64,000 nt of DNA, from NCBI RefSeq assembly GCF_009914755.1, contig NC_060939.1, one strand, 5' to 3'. Both the position numbers and the translations under genes were made by a program. How positions within the stretch are numbered: position 1 is the stretch's first letter; the number at the start of each line of letters is the position of its first letter. This DNA is from the human T2T-CHM13v2.0 reference genome, Homo sapiens. Below the pieces are notes generated by a model. It made no database searches, was not told the origin of the DNA, and saw only the letters and a list, made by a program, of their open reading frames with translations. Below, piece after piece: positions 61,242-64,000 of this stretch.

Positions 61242-61869
61242 CTAAAAATTATGTTCACCTATTTTTTTTTCTTTTTTTTAGAGACAGGGTCTGGCTATGT
61301 TGCCCAGGCTGGACTTGAACTCCTGGGCTCAAGTCATCCTCTGAAGTAGCTGGGACTATAGGCACATTGCACCTTGCCTGGCTCACCTATTTTTTTTAAA
61401 AATTAAAACAAACAAACAAACAAAAAGCAGCCCAGCAGAGGGTACCAAAGAAAATAGAAAACATTCCTGATGGCAGGGTTGGCCCCAACCCCAAGGAGAT
61501 GAAGCGTGAGCCCTCTTAAGATGGCTGTAGAGTCAGCCTAGAGACCATGCAGACATGCTGGTACCCTGAGCATGAGACTAACGGGATAGAACTTGATGAC
61601 TTGGTCAAAATCCAGCTTGAGTTATTATTTTGCTAGCTTACATTGGCCGTGCAGGTTCATAAGATTATGCCAATTCTTCTGCTTTAATTGGGCTAGTCTT
61701 TGTAAGACTCTGTAAGAACACTGCTAGTATGAATTATAAAACTACATGTCCACACACAGACGGGCTATCGTACATATTAATGTGCTGGTTATTCGTCAAC
61801 TCTTCCTCTGCAGCTCTTTCCTCTCACCTTACTTTTGAAGGTAAATTATATCCTTGAATACTCAGATGA

Positions 61870-62165
<296 letters not shown>

Positions 62166-62922
62166 CTAAAACAAATAGATAGCATCCAACTTCAGCTGAG
62201 AAGCAGCAGTCTGTTTCCCACTCTGCAGAGACCAAAGATTCTGGCTGGCATGTCCCCAAGTGGGGAGGGGGCTGTATCCCCAATCTGTGGACCCCACCTC
62301 AGCCTCCAATTCACCTCTGAGCATCCCATAGGGGAAGGAGGCTGCCACAGCAACTGCCTCCTCCTCCTCCTCCTCCTCACCCCCGCCCCCCCAAGATAAG
62401 CCTGGACGTAAACACCTACTTGGTGCCCCTTGTGGAACAACAGCTTCCCCTGCTTGTTTCGGAAGCACCATTCCCCCTGCCAATCACTATTCTGGAATCA
62501 AAGACTGCAATAAGTGGCAAAAAGTGTCAAGTCTTCAGTCCACCAAGTTTGCCTAGGAAGAATTTCACTGCTGGGAATAGCTCCTGGAGGGAAAGGCTCC
62601 TAACTTTGGGAGGATGTCAACAGCTTCAGTGGGCCAGAACTCAGCCTCTGCAGAAGCCTCACCTCCTTGTCCCCCACCTTCCAGGGTGAAAATGTCATGG
62701 GCATACAGAGTGGTAAATAAACAGCTGAGTAAACACATTCTTTCAGCCCCCTGGCCTGAACCTACAAGCCTTCCCTACGCCTTACTGGGCCCTCCAGGTG
62801 CACAGCTTAGGAGCCAAATGGATCCGCGATGGCACCCCAGTTCCTTCCTCAGGGACCATTCAGATCTGCCATAAACACCAAGCTGAGCCTGCACCCCCTC
62901 TCTCCCATCGTCCTGACACCAC

Positions 62923-63266
62923 CTCTCTCCCATCGTCCTGATGTGCATCCCTTAGCTCAGGGCTGCAGCATCTTTTCTTTTTCTTTTTTTTCTCTCTCCC
63001 ATCGTCCTGACATTCATCCCTTAGCTCAGGGCCACAGCATCTTTTCTTTTTCTTTTTTTTCTCTCTCCCATGGTCCTGACGTGCGTCCCTTAGCTCAGGG
63101 CCACAGCATCTTTTCTTTTTCTTTTTTTTCTCTCTCCCATCGTCCTGACATTCATCCCTTAGCTCAGGGCCGCAGCATCTTTTCTTTTTCTTTTTTTCTC
63201 TCTCCCATTGTCCTGACATGCATCCCTTAGCCCAGGGCCACAGCATCTTTTCTTTTTCTTTTTTTT
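62923..63266. repeat. 69-bp minisatellite, 5 copies
   Basis: Units start at 62923, 62992, 63061, 63130 and 63198. Confidence 0.95.
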
Positions 63267-63563
63267 AAGACAGGGTCTCACTCTGTCACCCAGGCTGGAG
63301 TGCAGTGGTACGATTTCAGCTCACCGTAGCCTCAATCTCTCAGGCTCAAGGTCCCCTCCCTCCTCAGCCCCCCAGGTAGCTGGGACCACAGGTGCAAGCC
63401 ACTATGCTCAGATAATATTTGGTGGTGGTGGTGATTTTTTTTTTTTTTTTAGAGATGGGGTTTTGCCATGTTGGCCAGGCTGGTCTCAAACTCTTGGACT
63501 CAAGCATTCCACCCACTTCAGCCTCCCAAAGTGCCGGGATTACGAGCTTGAGACACCGGGCCG
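63247..63563 (-). mobile_element. AluJ whose tail is part of the 69-bp repeat unit
   Basis: agacagggtctcactctgtcacc...; degenerate TSD ggcc(aca/ctcg)gcatctt. Confidence 0.85.
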
Positions 63564-63907
63564 GGCCCTCGGCATCTTGTAACAACTATCTGCTCCATCC
63601 GTCCATCCGCCCTCCCTCCATCACCAATTAAAATAACAGCAGCAGCTGATGTGCTTTCGGCTCCAGTTGCCAACACGATGCTGAGCACTCCACAGCCGTG
63701 ACCTCACTGAATCCTGCTTAACGCATTCACAGAAGAGGAAACTGAGGCCTCTAGAGGATAACGCTTGGCCAGTAAGGGGCAGCACTGGGGCATGAGCCCA
63801 GGTCTATCTGATTTCAAAACCTGTGTAAAACATTCAGCTGGTGCTACTGACCGGATCAAAACAGTCCCCTTTACCAAGCTCAAATGCCATTTAAAAGTCC
63901 CAGGTCA

Positions 63908-64000
63908 GGCCAGGTGTAGTGATTCACGCCTGTAATCACAGCACTTTGGGAAGCCGAGGTGCGTGGATCACCTGAGATCCGGAGTTCGAGACCAGCCTGA
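63908..64000 (+). mobile_element. Alu left arm, cut by the window edge
   Basis: ggccaggtgtagtg...gagttcgagaccagcctga. Confidence 0.85.

Noticed and set aside
62829-63246. Repetitive Lys-rich and Phe/Ser-rich ORFs; array with superficially CRISPR-like periodicity
   Set aside because: A simple tandem repeat without unique spacers in primate DNA; the ORFs follow from the 3n unit length.

Overview
Human (or closely related great-ape) genomic DNA, mostly intronic and very repeat-rich. The window lies inside the minus-strand FAM169B locus, which I recognise from its protein sequence and recall as chr15q26.3 and now usually treated as the pseudogene FAM169BP. Three stop-free FAM169-homologous exons are visible: 60696-60826 (ATG at 60824), 26327-26412 and 21035-21212. 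Two lower-confidence, non-homologous exon candidates sit at ~54735-54815 and 53373-53460. The ~100-nt exon expected between the first two homologous exons was not found, so direct splicing frameshifts. The 88-nt candidate at 53373-53460 is stop-free and would restore the frame. An apparent Alu-associated deletion scar at ~56.3-56.9 kb is a candidate site for the exon loss. The rest is L1PB1, a full-length L1MA with TSD, old L1M fragments, two inverted L1PA 3' ends, a 5'-truncated SVA, more than 20 Alus, MaLR/ERVL LTRs (MST, MLT1, THE1, MLT2A1 with a large AT-rich array), MER5/MER58 and MIRs. There is also a near-consensus CTCF site, several local duplications and a 69-bp VNTR built from an Alu tail. 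Repeat subfamilies and FAM169A comparisons are from memory and by eye; no database search was run.
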